From Octopus sinensis (taxonomy: Eukaryota), in assembly GCF_006345805.1 (NCBI RefSeq), contig NC_043013.1, positions 7,192,001 through 7,256,000 on the forward strand: a stretch of 64,000 nucleotides of DNA, written 5' to 3'. The notes under the pieces were generated by a model. It had not been told where the DNA came from. It saw nothing but the letters and a program-made list of their open reading frames with translations, and made no database searches. The position numbers were made by a program, and so were the translations under genes. This document shows positions 27,011 through 39,614 of the stretch, piece by piece; the first letter of the stretch is position 1, and each line of letters starts with the position of its first letter.

Positions 27011-27080
27011 ATATTTATGTATGTATATATTTATGTATGTATGCATGTATGTATGTATGCATGTATGTATGTATGAATAC
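26000..27080. repeat. Compound (CA)/(TA)/(TG)/(ATGT) microsatellite field
   Basis: Read directly from the sequence. Confidence 0.95.
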
Positions 27081-28046
27081 ATTTTGTAGAATTTAGTTAC
27101 ATTAGAAGTTAACATCTGCCATGAATTCATGGTTGTTTTATGGGTCCAGTGCTAAAGTGTATAATGTTTAGGAAATGAGTCAGATGTGTCTCAGCTATGT
27201 AAAGTAAAGAAATCTTCATTCAACACCCACTTTTCTGTGTTTATAAGGGTCAAACGGGATTGGCTGGGGTAGAATTTCCACAGCTGGATGCTGTTCCTGT
27301 TCCATATTTTACCAGATAACTAGAAATAAATGACAATGCTTAAACATGGTGATGCTCGTTACCAATCATTATGCGATGTCAGAAGTACACACACGGATAT
27401 ATACAAGTGTGTGTGTGTGTGTGTGTGTGTGTGCTTGTTCTGTGTTTGTCCCCCACCACCACTTGACAAACAGTGTTGGTGTGTTTACATCCCTGTAATG
27501 TAGCAGTTAGGCAAAAGGGACCAATAGGATAAGTACCAGGCTTTAAAAAATAATCCCTGGGGTCGATTCGTTTGACTAAAAGCCTTGTGAGTGGTTTTGG
27601 TAGACAGAAACTGAAAGAAGCCTGTTATATATATATATGTATATGTATATATGTGTGTGTGTTTGTCTCCCCAACACCTCTTGACAACTGATGCTGGTGT
27701 GTTCACGTCCCCGTAACTTAGCGGTTCAGCAAAAGAGACCAATAGAATAAGTACCCAGCTTACAAAGAATAAATCCTGGGGTCGATTTGCTCGATTGACT
27801 GTTGCCATGCTAGTGTACTGCCTTTTAGTCAAGCAAATCGACCGCAGGACTTATTCTTTGTAAGTCTAGTGCTTATTCCATCAGTCTCTTTTGCCGAACC
27901 ACTAAGTTATGGGGACGTAAACACACCCAGCATCAGTTGTCAAGTGATGTTGGGAGGACAAACACAGACACACAAACATGCACACACACACACACACCAC
28001 ACACACATATATATATATATTTATATATATATATTATATATATATA

Positions 28047-28099
<53 letters not shown>

Positions 28100-29437
28100 T
28101 AAAATTAAAATTAAAATTTCAATTATCCGCACCAACGCACGGTTGCAACACCATATGGTTGTACCTCCAACCGTGCTGTTTACTGCTGTGATTTTTGCTA
28201 CTAAGGTATCGGTTAATCTTTTGATTAATCTACTACAAGATTATTCATCTTTCTATTTCATATAAATATATATATATATATATATATACACGACGGGCTT
28301 CTTTCAGTTTCCGTCTACCAAATCCACTCACAAGGCTTTGGTCGGCCCGAGACTATAGTAGAAGACACTTGCCCAAGGTGCCACGCAGTGGGACTGAACC
28401 CAGAACAATGTGGTTCGTAAGTAAGCTACTTACTACATGGCCACTCCTGTTAGTTCTATCAGCATTGGCCCAGGGCTATACAACAACAACAACATCATTA
28501 AATGTCAGCACAAGACAGTACATAAAGATTTCTAACATTAAAAATAATATCTTACATTGATACAAGGCTTTGTGTTTCAGGGGTAAGGGCAAGGTACATG
28601 TAGTTGATTAGATCGGCCACCCTCCACCACTAACTCAGGCATCTATATTTATTTAATTTAGATCACAATTAGTGCACAATAGCTTCAGTAGTTATAAGGC
28701 TTTTAGCTCACCAATTACTAGAGTTTACTGCATTTCTGACAACAGTGAGAAAGACAAGGGAGTGTCTGTGTAACTTTGGTGCAGAATAAATAGCAAACGG
28801 GATTTTGTTTGACAAGCACTGGTTTGTCAGTTTTCTTCTGCCTGTTGTTTACATTCTTTGCTAAGAAACATTGGCAAATGATACATATGTATATATATAG
28901 GTGTGTGTGTAATGTATATATCATCATCATCATCATCATCATCATCGTTTAACGTCCGTTCTCCATGCTAGCATGGGTTGGACGGTTCGACCAGGGATCT
29001 GGGAAGCCAGAAGGCTGCACCAGGCTCCGGTCTTATCTGGCAAAGTTTCTACAGCTGGATGCCCTTCCTAACGCCAACCACTCTGAGAGTGTAGTGGGTG
29101 CTTTTTACGTGGCACCTGCACTGGTGCCAGGCGAGGCTGGCATCGGCCACGGTCGGATTGGTGCATTTTACGTGCCACCTGCACGGAAGCCAGTCGAGGC
29201 AGCACTGGCTTCGGCCACGATTCGGATGGTGCTTTTTACGTGCCACCGACACATATGTATATATTTAAATTCTGGGTGCAGCTATGACTGTGTGGCTGAG
29301 AAGCTTGCATCCCAAGCATTTGGTTCCAGTTTCAGTCCTGCTGTGTAGCACCTTGGGCCAGGGTCTTCTTCTACTATTACCCTGAGCCAACCAAAACCTG
29401 GTGAGTGGTTTTAATACATATATATGTATGTATGAAT

Positions 29438-29475
<38 letters not shown>

Positions 29476-30072
29476 ATATATATATAGATGTATGTATATA
29501 TAAATATATTTGTATGTATATACATATGCATGTATGTATGTATGTATATACATATATGTATGTTTGTATGTATGTATGTATGTATATATAGGCCTCACCA
29601 GCCACCTCCGGTCTCATAGCAGCAATTCCACCAAATGATGTCAATGGTCATCTTCAAACCCGAAGGACGAACTTTATGTATGTATGTATGTAAGCATCCA
29701 TGCATATGCGTTTGTGTGTTTAAGAATTGTTGTCTCTTTGTCTAACTTGTGCAAGCATGGAAAAACAAATGTTGAAATGATGATGAAGATGATGATGATG
29801 ATGATGATGATGATGACTTAATCAGAGTAGGAAGAGCAACACTTGCAACTTTTTCACAGTGTCTCTGTGATTAGAGGAAGGAAAAACCAGAAAACCCACT
29901 CTAAAAGCTTGCAGCTGAGTGGAGCCTGCAAAAAAAGCACCTGTGAGCTAAGTGGTCATATTAAACCAGGTGACAGATTAAGTCAACTCTCAGCTAAGCC
30001 CACCCCAAATACATGGTCTTTAGACATTAATCTAATTACTTTCTGATTACCCAACACTGTTAGGTTGTCATC

Positions 30073-30398
30073 GTGAGGGCGCGTGGCTTAGTGGTTAGGG
30101 CATTCGGCTCATGATCGTAAGGTTGTGAGTTCGATTCCCGGCGACGCGTTGTGTCCTTGAGCAAGACACTTTATTTCACGTTGCTCCAGTCCACTCAGCT
30201 GGCAAAAATGAGTTGTACTTGTATTTCAAAGGGTCAGCCTTGTCACTCTCTGTGTCACGCTGATTATCCCCGAGAACTACGTTAAGGGTACACGTGTCTG
30301 TGGAATGCTCAGCCATTTGCACGTTAATTTCACGAACAGGCTGTTCCGTTGATCGTATCAGCTGGGACCCTCGTCGTCGTAACCGGCGGAGTCTTAAG
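30073..30398 (+). mobile_element. tRNA-headed SINE (head H1, tail T2)
   Basis: A-box 30084-30094, B-box GTTCGATTC 30129-30137; 11-bp TSD AGGTTGTCATC. Confidence 0.92.
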
Positions 30399-30556
30399 AG
30401 GTTGTCATCTGACAGACAGACTGGTTGCATGAAGTAAGTGGCAGAGGTGGTGAAGCTTATGGTGATAGAGATGGTTATTGTATTGGTAGTGGTGGTGGAA
30501 ATGTTGAAGTGTTAAAAGTTAACAGTGGCTGGATTTTTGAAATCCATTGCTCAAGT

Positions 30557-30965
30557 AGGCACGGGAGTGGCTGTGTGGTAAGTAGCTTGCTAACCAACCA
30601 CATGGTTCTGGGTTCAGTCCCACTGTGTGGCATCTTGGGCAAGTGTCTTCTGCTATAGCCTCGGGCCGACCAAAGCCTTGTGAGTGGATTTGGTAGACGG
30701 AAAGAAGCCTGTCGTATATATGTATATATATATATGTGTGTGTGTGTTTGTGTGTCTGTGTTTGTCCCCCTAGCATTGCTTGACAACTGATGCTGGTGTG
30801 TTTACGTCCCCGTCACTTAGCGGTTCGGCAAAAGAGACTGATAGAATAAGTACTGGGCTTACAAAGAATAAGTCCTGGGGTCGATTTGCTCGACTAAAGG
30901 CGATGCTCCAGCATGGCCGCAGTCAAATGACTGAAACAAGCAAAAGAGTAAAAGAGTAAAGAGTA
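30557..30965 (+). mobile_element. Abundant ~400-bp SINE family B (reference copy)
   Basis: GGAGTGGCTGTGTGGTAAG head, internal TA/TG microsatellite, GTAAAAGA-type tail. Further full or partial copies at ~2990-3360, 19870-20188, 24990-25370, 27590-27980, 28290-28445, 31305-31865, 43533-43928, 51116-51240 and 52585-52780. Confidence 0.9.
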
Positions 30966-31880
30966 AGTTCTCAGAGCTGTCGGTCAAATATGAAGGTTGG
31001 TAGTGAGGTAAAAATACACCTACGCTGGTGCCATGTAAAAAGCACCCGTGCTGGTGCCATATTAGAAGCACTTGTGTTTGCACCCCATGAAAAGCACCCA
31101 GTACACTCTTTAATATGCTTGGTGTTAGGAAGGGCCTCCAGCCATAAAAACCATGTCAAAACAGACAGTGAAGTCTGGTGCAGGTTTCTGGGTTGCCAGC
31201 TCCTGTCAAACCATCTAACCAATGCCAACATGGAAAACAGACATTAGCCCTTGAAAATTCAGATTACTCTGTTAAATTTAATACTTTTTAATTCACATAG
31301 GCACAGGCGTGGCTGTGTGGTAAGAAGTTTGCTTCCCAACCACATGATTCTGGGTTCAGTCCTTCAGTCCCACTGTGTGACACCTTCAACTATAACTTCA
31401 GGCTGACCAAAGCCTTTTGAGTGGATTTGGTAGATGGAAACTGAAAGAAGCCTGGTGAGTTTGAACATAAAACTGGTAGAATATTCTTTTCTACTCTAGG
31501 CACAAGGCCTGAAATTTGGGGGGAGGGGGCCAGCTGATTAGATCGACCTCAGTACGCCACTGGTATTTAATTTATATATATATCATCAGCATTATTGTTT
31601 AATGTCCACCTGCCATACTGGCATGGTATATATCTATGTGTGTGCGTCTTTGTGTCTGTGTTTGTCCCCTCATCACTACCTGACCACTGGTGTTGGTGTA
31701 TTTACGTCGCTGTTACCTAGTGATTCAGCAAAAGAGACTGATAGAATAAGTACTAGGCTTTAAAAGAAATAAGTCCTAGGGTCAATTTGTTCAACTAAAA
31801 CCCTTCAAGGTGGTGCTCCAGCATGGCCACGGTCAAATGACTGAAACAAGTAAAAGAATAAAAGAATAGTTTTGACTTAA

Positions 31881-32472
31881 TCATTTAGTATCTTGCAACT
31901 TTGAGATTTCAGTGAGGTGGTTGTATAATTTTAGAATGGCATTGTAGGATAGGTACAAGAGGCCAGATCTGGTGAGTTTGAACATAAAACTGGTAGAATA
32001 TTCTTTTCTACTCTAGGCACAAGGCCTGAAATTTTGGGGAACAGGGCCAGCTGATTAGATTGACCCCAGTACAAAACTGGTACTTAATTTATCAAAAAGA
32101 ATGAAAGGCAAAGTTGACCATAGCGGAATTTGAACTCAGAACATAAAAACAGATGAAATACCATTAAGCATTTCACTCAGTGTGCTAATATTTCTTATTT
32201 CTTTATTGCCCACAAGGGGCTAAACACAGAGGGGAGAAATAAGGACAGACAAAGGGATTAAGTCAATTACATCGACCCCAGTGCGTAACTGGTACTTAAT
32301 TTATTGACCCCCAAAAGGCAAAGTCTACCTCGGCGGATTTTGAACTCAGAACATAACGGCAGACAAAATACCGCTAAGCATTTCACCCGGCGTGCTAACG
32401 TTTCTGCCAGCTTGCTGCCTTAAAAGTGGTAGAATATGCAGGTCAGATATGGCTGGTTTAAATGCTAAACGG
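31881..32472. mobile_element. piggyBac-like MITE (50356 family, reversed) with nested SINE dimer
   Basis: TTAA flanks at 31877-31880 and 32473-32476; insertion 32002-32420 bounded by a 17-bp TSD (16/17). Confidence 0.65.
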
Positions 32473-32607
32473 TTAAGTGATGATAATGATGATGTAGAAA
32501 AAAAAAGAGTAACTGTTTCTGACTTGTAAAAATATCTTTATCTACTGATTGACACATGGTATGAGAAGACTTGAGATGATTAATGTTTCACTAACAAGGT
32601 CCAAGAA

Positions 32608-32774
32608 CATTATTTGCATTATTTACATCTGACGGATATTTGTCCTCATATTGTTTGTTGTTAACACAGCGTTTCGGCTGATATACCCTCCAGCCGAAAT
32701 GTTGTGTCAACGACAAACAAGATGAGGACAAATATCCATCAAATGTAAATAATGTACATAATTCCTATCTCATA
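32608..32774. mobile_element. TSD-flanked fold-back hairpin insertion, probably derived from a Penelope-like element terminus
   Basis: 64-bp arms at 32617-32680 and 32691-32754 (57/64 complementary), 10-nt loop, 12-bp direct repeat AAGGTCCAAGAA at 32596-32607 and 32775-32786. Confidence 0.75.
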
Positions 32775-35570
32775 AAGGTCCAAGAAGTCATACTGGGTTA
32801 CATTATACTGTGTTCCTGTTCTTTAAGAAAGTAAGGAGTTATCTGGCTCTGATTTCACTCTGATTTCAAATCCTGCCAATAGAATAAAGTTCAAATTTAA
32901 AAAATATGCACTAAGGTTGATTTCTTCAAGCAAAACCCCTTCATGACAGTGCCCCAGCATGGCCACAGTTCAATGACTGAAACAAGTAAAAGATAAAAGA
33001 TAAAAGATGACTTAATATATTCTTTTATTCTTTTACTTGTTTAAGTCATGCTGGAGCACCACCGTAAAGGTTTTTAGTCTAATACTTATTTTATCGTTCC
33101 CTTTTACTGAACTGCTTAGTTATGGGGACATAAACATACTACCATTGGTTGTCAAGCGATGGTGGACACACACACACACACAAACAAATACATATACCAC
33201 ATGGTTCCAGGTTCAGTCCCACTGCATGGCACCTTGGGCAAGTGTTTTCTTTATAGCCTTGGTCTGACAAAAGCCTTGTGAGTGGATTTTGTAGACGGAT
33301 ACTGAAAGGCGCCCATCCATGCCAGCATGGACAACAGATGTTAAATGATGATGATGATGATGATGATGACGTGTATGTGTGTGTATGACGGACTTCTTTC
33401 CATTCCTGTACACCAAATACAGTCACAAGGTTTTGGTTGACCCAAGGCTATAGAAGAGGACACTTGCCCAAGATGTCAGACAGTGGGACCATGTGGTTGG
33501 GAAGCAAGCTTCTTATTTCTTTATTGCTCTCAAGGAGCTAAACATAGAGGGGACAAACAAGGACAGGCAAATGGATTAAGTCGATTACATCAACCTCAGT
33601 GCACAACTGGTACTTAATTTATCGACCCCGAAAGGATGAAAGGCAAAGTCGATCTCAATCGAATTTGAACTCAGAAAGCAAGTTTCTCAGAACTCAGAAA
33701 GCAAGTTTCTCAGAACTCAGAAAGCAAGCAGGAAGCGAGCTTCTTACCACACAGCCATGCCTGTGCCTAATATATTGATATAAATGAAACTGAGTGATGT
33801 CAACTTTGCCACACATCCTTTTAGGGTTGACAAAGAACCTATCCTATACTGGGAGGAATTCTTCTCTTTCATACACACTTTCTTTCTGTCTGTCTGTCTA
33901 TCTGTTTCTGTGACTGATTCTTGAAGAAATCAGTTGTAGCCAGATCGAGATAGTAATAGGCTCTGATGGCTTTGAAAAATTTCTGGTTTGGTTGTTGATC
34001 CACTACATAGAGTCTCAAGTAATGGCTCTTGTCTGGGTGTGTTACGTGAGATGGTATGTGACTGTCCGAGCATGATGTATAGTACACAGTGTGGCTGTCT
34101 GGGTCTGTATATAAGATGAATCGTGGCAATTTGGCCATATTATGTAATACACAGTAAATGAATAAGGGCAATGTCCTATTTTGACACCCGTTTTGTCTGT
34201 TTTAATATTACCAAAAATTTCAGTAGTTCAGCAGTAATTTCAGAATGACAACATACAGGGTTACTAATTATAGTTCTCAATTGCCAGCTCAACAGAACAA
34301 TATGTAACTTTATACTCTTTGTCATGCTACATCAAACACTTATCGAATTTCCTATTTTGGGCTTCAAAAAAAAAAAAAAATAATCATACCAACCTTGATC
34401 AAATGAATAACAAAACCACGAAAATTCATTCATTTTTAATGACTGATTACAGAGATTAGTATCTGACTGGGATTAGATTACTGACCTGTAAGCTCAAATT
34501 CTATGTCTTACATTACTTTCTAGGTGTTAGGCCAGTGACATCATTGTTTCGTTTGTATCAGTATGTATTAAATATATATATCAGTTATCATATATCTTCT
34601 ACTCGTTTTGGTCACTGGACTGTGGCCATGCTGGGGCACTACCGTGAAGGCTTTAGTCAAAGAAATCAACCCTAGTACTTACTATATAAATTTGGTATTT
34701 ATTTTATTGGACTCTTTTTCCAAACTGCTAAGTTCAGAGGTGTAAACAAACCAACAAGTGGTGAGGAGAACCTCAACCATATGGTTCCAGGTTCAGTCCC
34801 ACTGCATGGCACCTTGGGCAAGTGTTTTCTTCTATAGGCTTGGTCTGACAAAAGCCTTGTGACTTGATTTTGTAGATGGATACTGAAAAAGCCCATCCAT
34901 GCCAGCATAGACAACCGATGTTAAATGATGATGATGATGATGACATATAATATGTGTGTGTGTCTTTCTGTCTGTGTTTGTCCCACCACCATTTGACAAC
35001 CAGTGTTGGTGTGTTTACATCCCTGTAACTTAGCAGTTCAGCAAAAGTGACTGATAGAATACGTACCAGGCTTAAAAAAAAAGTATTGGGGTTGATTCAT
35101 TTGACTAAAACCCTTTAAGTCAGTGCTCCAACATGGTTGCAGTCTAATGGCTGAAACAAGTAAAAGATACACACACACACACACGTGACTGGTTTCCACT
35201 TATTTTTCATCCATCAGATTCACTCACTAGTCATTAGTCAGTCTGGGGCTGTAGTAGAAGTCACTTGTCCAAGGTGTTGTGTGGTGGGACTGAACCCCAA
35301 ACTAGATAATTACAAAATGAGCTTCTTAACCACGCAGCCATGCCTGCTAAGCCCCATGTTGTTGCTACAGTAATTTAACCCTACTTAATTAGTCTTGACG
35401 AAACAAATGTATAGCCTAGAAGATCTTGTGCTCTAATTATGTATTCTGACACAGTGTTGCTAATAAGGTGGCCAATTAGTAGAGTTATTAGTGCATCAGA
35501 TAAATTGCTTTGTGGTAATTCTTATGGCTCTCTACATTCTGAGTTAAAATTTTATCAAGGTCAACTTCAC

Positions 35571-35972
35571 TCTTTACTCTTTTACTCTTTTACTTGTTTC
35601 AGTCATTTAACTGCGGCCATGCTGGAGCACCGCCTTTAGTCGAGCAAATCGACCCTGGGACTTATTCTTTGTAAGCCCAGTACTTATTCTATCGGTCTCT
35701 TTTGCCGAACCGCTAAGTGACGGGGACGTAAACACACTAGCATCGGTTGTTAAGCAATGCTAGGGGCACAAACACAGACATACAAACACACACATTTATA
35801 TATATATATACATATATACAACAGGCTTCTTTCAGTTTCTGTCTACCAAATCCACTCACAAGGCATTGGTCAGCCCGGGGCTATAGCAGAAGACACTTGC
35901 CCAAGATGCCACGCAGTGGGATTGAACCCAGAACCATGTGGTTGGTTAGCAAGCTACTTACCACACAGCCAC
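35571..35972 (-). mobile_element. SINE family B
   Basis: Full-length reverse complement of the 30557 family. Confidence 0.9.
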
Positions 35973-36521
35973 TCGTTACTCATCCTTTAAGAGTTGATAG
36001 ACAAAGCGCCAGTTATATACTGGGGTAAATTCTCCTCTTTCATACACTCTTTCTTTCAGTCTATCTGTCTGTCTGTCTGTCTGTATTTATGGAAGAAATT
36101 AGTGGTGGCCAGATCTGGAGATGGGTAGGTTCTGCTAGCTCTAAAAAATGCTCAAGGCACACATTAAAACATGACAACACCTCCTACAACTCTCATCAAG
36201 CAGATGAGGTCCCAAGGTAAGCAATAGTGTATCTAGGACTACATTAACCATACAGACTGGGTTGACCAAAACTTCAAGAATGGAATTTAGTTGAAGGAAA
36301 CTATGCAGAAGCCCATTGTATGTATAATCAATAACCCATACTTAGTTTCAGGGTCCAATACCAAAAATAAATAAATAAAATTCATGATACATGAGAATAT
36401 ATTCTTCTTTTCTTAAATTGGTGGACTGTAATTTGAGGAACATTGGGCTGCAATTTTTAGCAACTCAAGTGACAATATAAAAGATCCCTTGTAAAGGCTC
36501 AACATATAACACTAGATTTAA

Positions 36522-36651
36522 CCTTTAGCATGCTTAGGCACATCATGGTACTGTATGAGTTTTCTCCCCTGTAACTTCAGGGGCATTGTGTCACACTGAG
36601 AGGAGAGAAAACTCATACAGTGACATGATGTGTCTTACAGCATCCTAAAGG
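36522..36651. mobile_element. 130-bp piggyBac-like MITE, almost entirely inverted repeat
   Basis: TTAA on both sides, CCTTTAG...CTAAAGG termini, ~46-bp imperfect arms. Confidence 0.8.
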
Positions 36652-36944
36652 TTAAAGTAGGCATTGGCAACCTTTTTAAAAAAGTGGTTTCATGTGAGAC
36701 ATTACTCAACATCAGACAGACCATACCACTAGAAAAATAAAATTCAAGATAATTTTAATAAAGGTTATTTTCCTTATGAAATTAAGCATACCGATCAGAA
36801 AGTCCTATGAGCTGCAGTTCACCCATGACAGGTTTAAAAGATTTGTGAAGTGTAAGGGCTTCTAGTTTTAGTAACAGTTGCTGTATCTATTTTTTTGTAT
36901 GAGGCAAACTGGTCTGTAAGGTGGGTTTGGCTTTGACTACTTCT

Positions 36945-37242
36945 TTTTTTTTCACCCTTTTCAAGCCTAGGGCCCAGTTTCCTGGTTTCTGCAGCGTATG
37001 TGTTCCCCCCAGCTGGATGGGACACCGGTCCATCGCAGCGTTACTCAAGAAACAGGAAGAGAGAGTGAGAGAAAGTTGGGGCGAAAGAGTACAACAGGGG
37101 TCACCCCCCCCCCTACCGGAGCCTCGTGGAGCTTTTAGGTGTTATCGCTCAATAAACACACACAATGTTAGGTCTGGGAATCAAAACTGCGATCCTCCGA
37201 CCGCGAGTCTGCTGCCCTAACCACTGGGCCATTGCGCCTCCA
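36945..37242 (-). mobile_element. tRNA-headed SINE (head H2, tail T1)
   Basis: Head matches 8562, tail matches 2532; A-rich end; 14-bp TSD CTTTGACTACTTCT. Confidence 0.88.
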
Positions 37243-37539
37243 CTTTGACTACTTCTAGCAGTTAAAATAAGTATGTAAGACAGCAACACTTTCAAGCCAA
37301 CAACATGGTCCAGCAACATGGATTATAATGTAATTCTGGATTATGATTTTCATGATATGAACTCCATCGTTAGTAGAATGGAAAAAGACAACAAAAAACA
37401 AAGAAAGAAAGCCTCATTTTTTTTTATATTTCTAGATTGCTTTGTAATTTTGGCGATCATTAGAGAAAATACAACTTAATGGGCCAAAAATTGCAAGCCA
37501 GATTGTGATGGTAGGATTTTGTTCATCATTATGGAAATG

Positions 37540-37588
<49 letters not shown>

Positions 37589-37704
37589 TTTCATATATAT
37601 ATATATTTAACTATTAGAAACTAGAAGACAAAGGAATTCAGTTACATCACAGCAATTTGTGTTGCCTGGAGACAGAAATATATATATTATATATATATAT
37701 ATAT

Positions 37705-37779
<75 letters not shown>

Positions 37780-38188
37780 CATACATATATATATATAAAT
37801 ATATTATTGATTTATCTTCTGGAGTGTTGTTTGTCAGGTCAGATTGGCCTTGAGACAATAAGTTGAATTCAGATGTAACTTATTTTATAGCATTATTCTT
37901 ATTCTTATTATAGTTATCATCATCACCATCATCATCGTTATTATGAAGTCATGACTTTTTTTTTTTTATAATTGGCTGCTTTCATTGCACAACTGAGTGC
38001 AGTTCTGTTGGCCCTGGCTATGTGCAATGTTATATTTCGGCTTTGTATATTCTGTTATATCGATAATACTCTATGTAATATGTATGCAGTTCTTAGTAAG
38101 TGCTATTTTCTGTATGTTGTACATATTTGTAAGTCCTGCCATTCAGAGGGGTTATTTCTTTATGTTTGTTTTCTTAATCATTGCTTTG

Positions 38189-38191
<3 letters not shown>

Positions 38192-38236
<45 letters not shown>

Positions 38237-38400
38237 TAGTTTTATTTTTATGGCGTGCTTTCACTTCACTACTGAGCGCAGCTCTGTGTGCCTTGGGTAT
38301 GTGCTGTGGTTTGCTGTGATGCTCTGATGGTTACTGTATTGAAAGTGTTTTACGTAGGATGTGTGCAGTGCCCAGTAGTACAATTTAATGTATGTTATAT
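38192..38400 (-). mobile_element. 3' end of an RLE-type (R4/Dong-like) non-LTR element with (TAA)n tail
   Basis: Minus strand reads IVLLGTAHILRKTLSIQ*, then a short UTR and (TAA)n. Related LGTARIL..VL fragments occur at ~38740-38810 and ~13760-13830. Confidence 0.6.
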
Positions 38401-39042
38401 ATATTTATAAGTCCTGATGTTTTTGTTATATATTTGTCTGAATATTTTTTTATCAAACCTAATGTGCTTACATTAGGAATTGTTTCTGTTTTTAGATTCC
38501 ATATTTGAGTTACCTCTACTTCTAGGTCTTTGTATTTTGAAAGTTTCTCCATTTCTTTTAGAGAAACGTTGTCATCTGCTGGTATTGATACATCAATTAG
38601 AAAGCATTTTTTTCTTCATGATCTCTGACAACTATATTTGGCCTATTAGCCTTAATTTCTCTATCTGTGTGTATTGGCATTATTATTATTTTCATATGCA
38701 CTCAACAGATTAGATTGTTAGAAAAGAAAAAAAATTCTAACATCGGACTACAACAAGTAAACTTAGATGCCAAGAACCCTCTTAAGTATCCTAGCTGTCC
38801 CTAATAACATATAATACACTCAACAGATTAGACTTTTGGAAGATAAAACACACTTGCTGAACATGCTGTAAACAGGGATTGAATCTGAAAACTACTTTGT
38901 TGAAAATCAGATTTTATCAATTTCTTGCATCTGTTACTCTCTTATTCCACAGACACTACTACTACTACTACTACTACTACAGCCAACTAAAGCCTTGTGA
39001 GTGGATTTGGTAGAGAGAAACTAGAAGCTAGTTGCATGTGTG

Positions 39043-39076
<34 letters not shown>

Positions 39077-39421
39077 TTCATATATACTTACATAAGTACC
39101 TACATGGATGCATACTTACATGTGTGTGTTTGTGTTTCCTTGTCTTGACATCATTCGATAGTTATGAGTGTTTCTGTCATTTAAGCCGTGTCATTCATTT
39201 CTAATATTCAGTGAAAATATGTCAGGTTATGGAAAAATATTACCTTGCTTAGAAATAGGTCAAATATGGTGAACTGAAGGGCATCTGGCCATAGAAAAAA
39301 AAAACCCTACCTCAATAAACTTTGTCCAACTCATACAGACATGGAAAAGTAGATGTTAAAACGATTGTGATGACAACTCAGTGCTTATTCTATAATTATG
39401 TTTTTTCATCTTTTTCTGTAG

Positions 39422-39614
39422 GAATCAGACACATCAACCAATGGATGAGGCTGAACACACCATCAAACTGCCATGGAAGAATGAGGATTCATATAATAAT
39501 AATTTCGATCTGAACCAAGATGTCACACCAGGCGAATATGTGGTACAGACATTATTCCTGGAGTTCTGTTCTGTTACAGACAGGAAGATCGAACAAGTCT
39601 TGGCAGAACCTCTG
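39422..39614 (+). CDS. fry: Furry (FRY/FRYL-like) coding exon, first confidently identified exon
   Basis: Pyrimidine tract plus AG at 39420-39421; donor CTG|GTAAAG at 39615. Encodes (x)NQTHQPMDEAEHTIKLPWKNEDSYNNNFDLNQDVTPGEYVVQTLFLEFCSVTDRKIEQVLAEPL, matching the remembered FRY motif [29 protein letters not shown]. The ATG at 39441 could be the start, or the exon could be entered in phase 2 from an upstream exon. Confidence 0.92.

Noticed and set aside
30073-30140. Possible tRNA gene (also at 2537, 8562, 37242, 60695)
   Set aside because: A/B boxes continue into SINE bodies bounded by TSDs; no complete cloverleaf or acceptor stem.
34524-34560. Exon-like stretch with good acceptor and GTATGT donor (a 30-nt variant from 34531 is phase 2-2)
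   Set aside because: Such signals are frequent by chance in AT-rich introns; no homology evidence. Only RNA data could rescue it.
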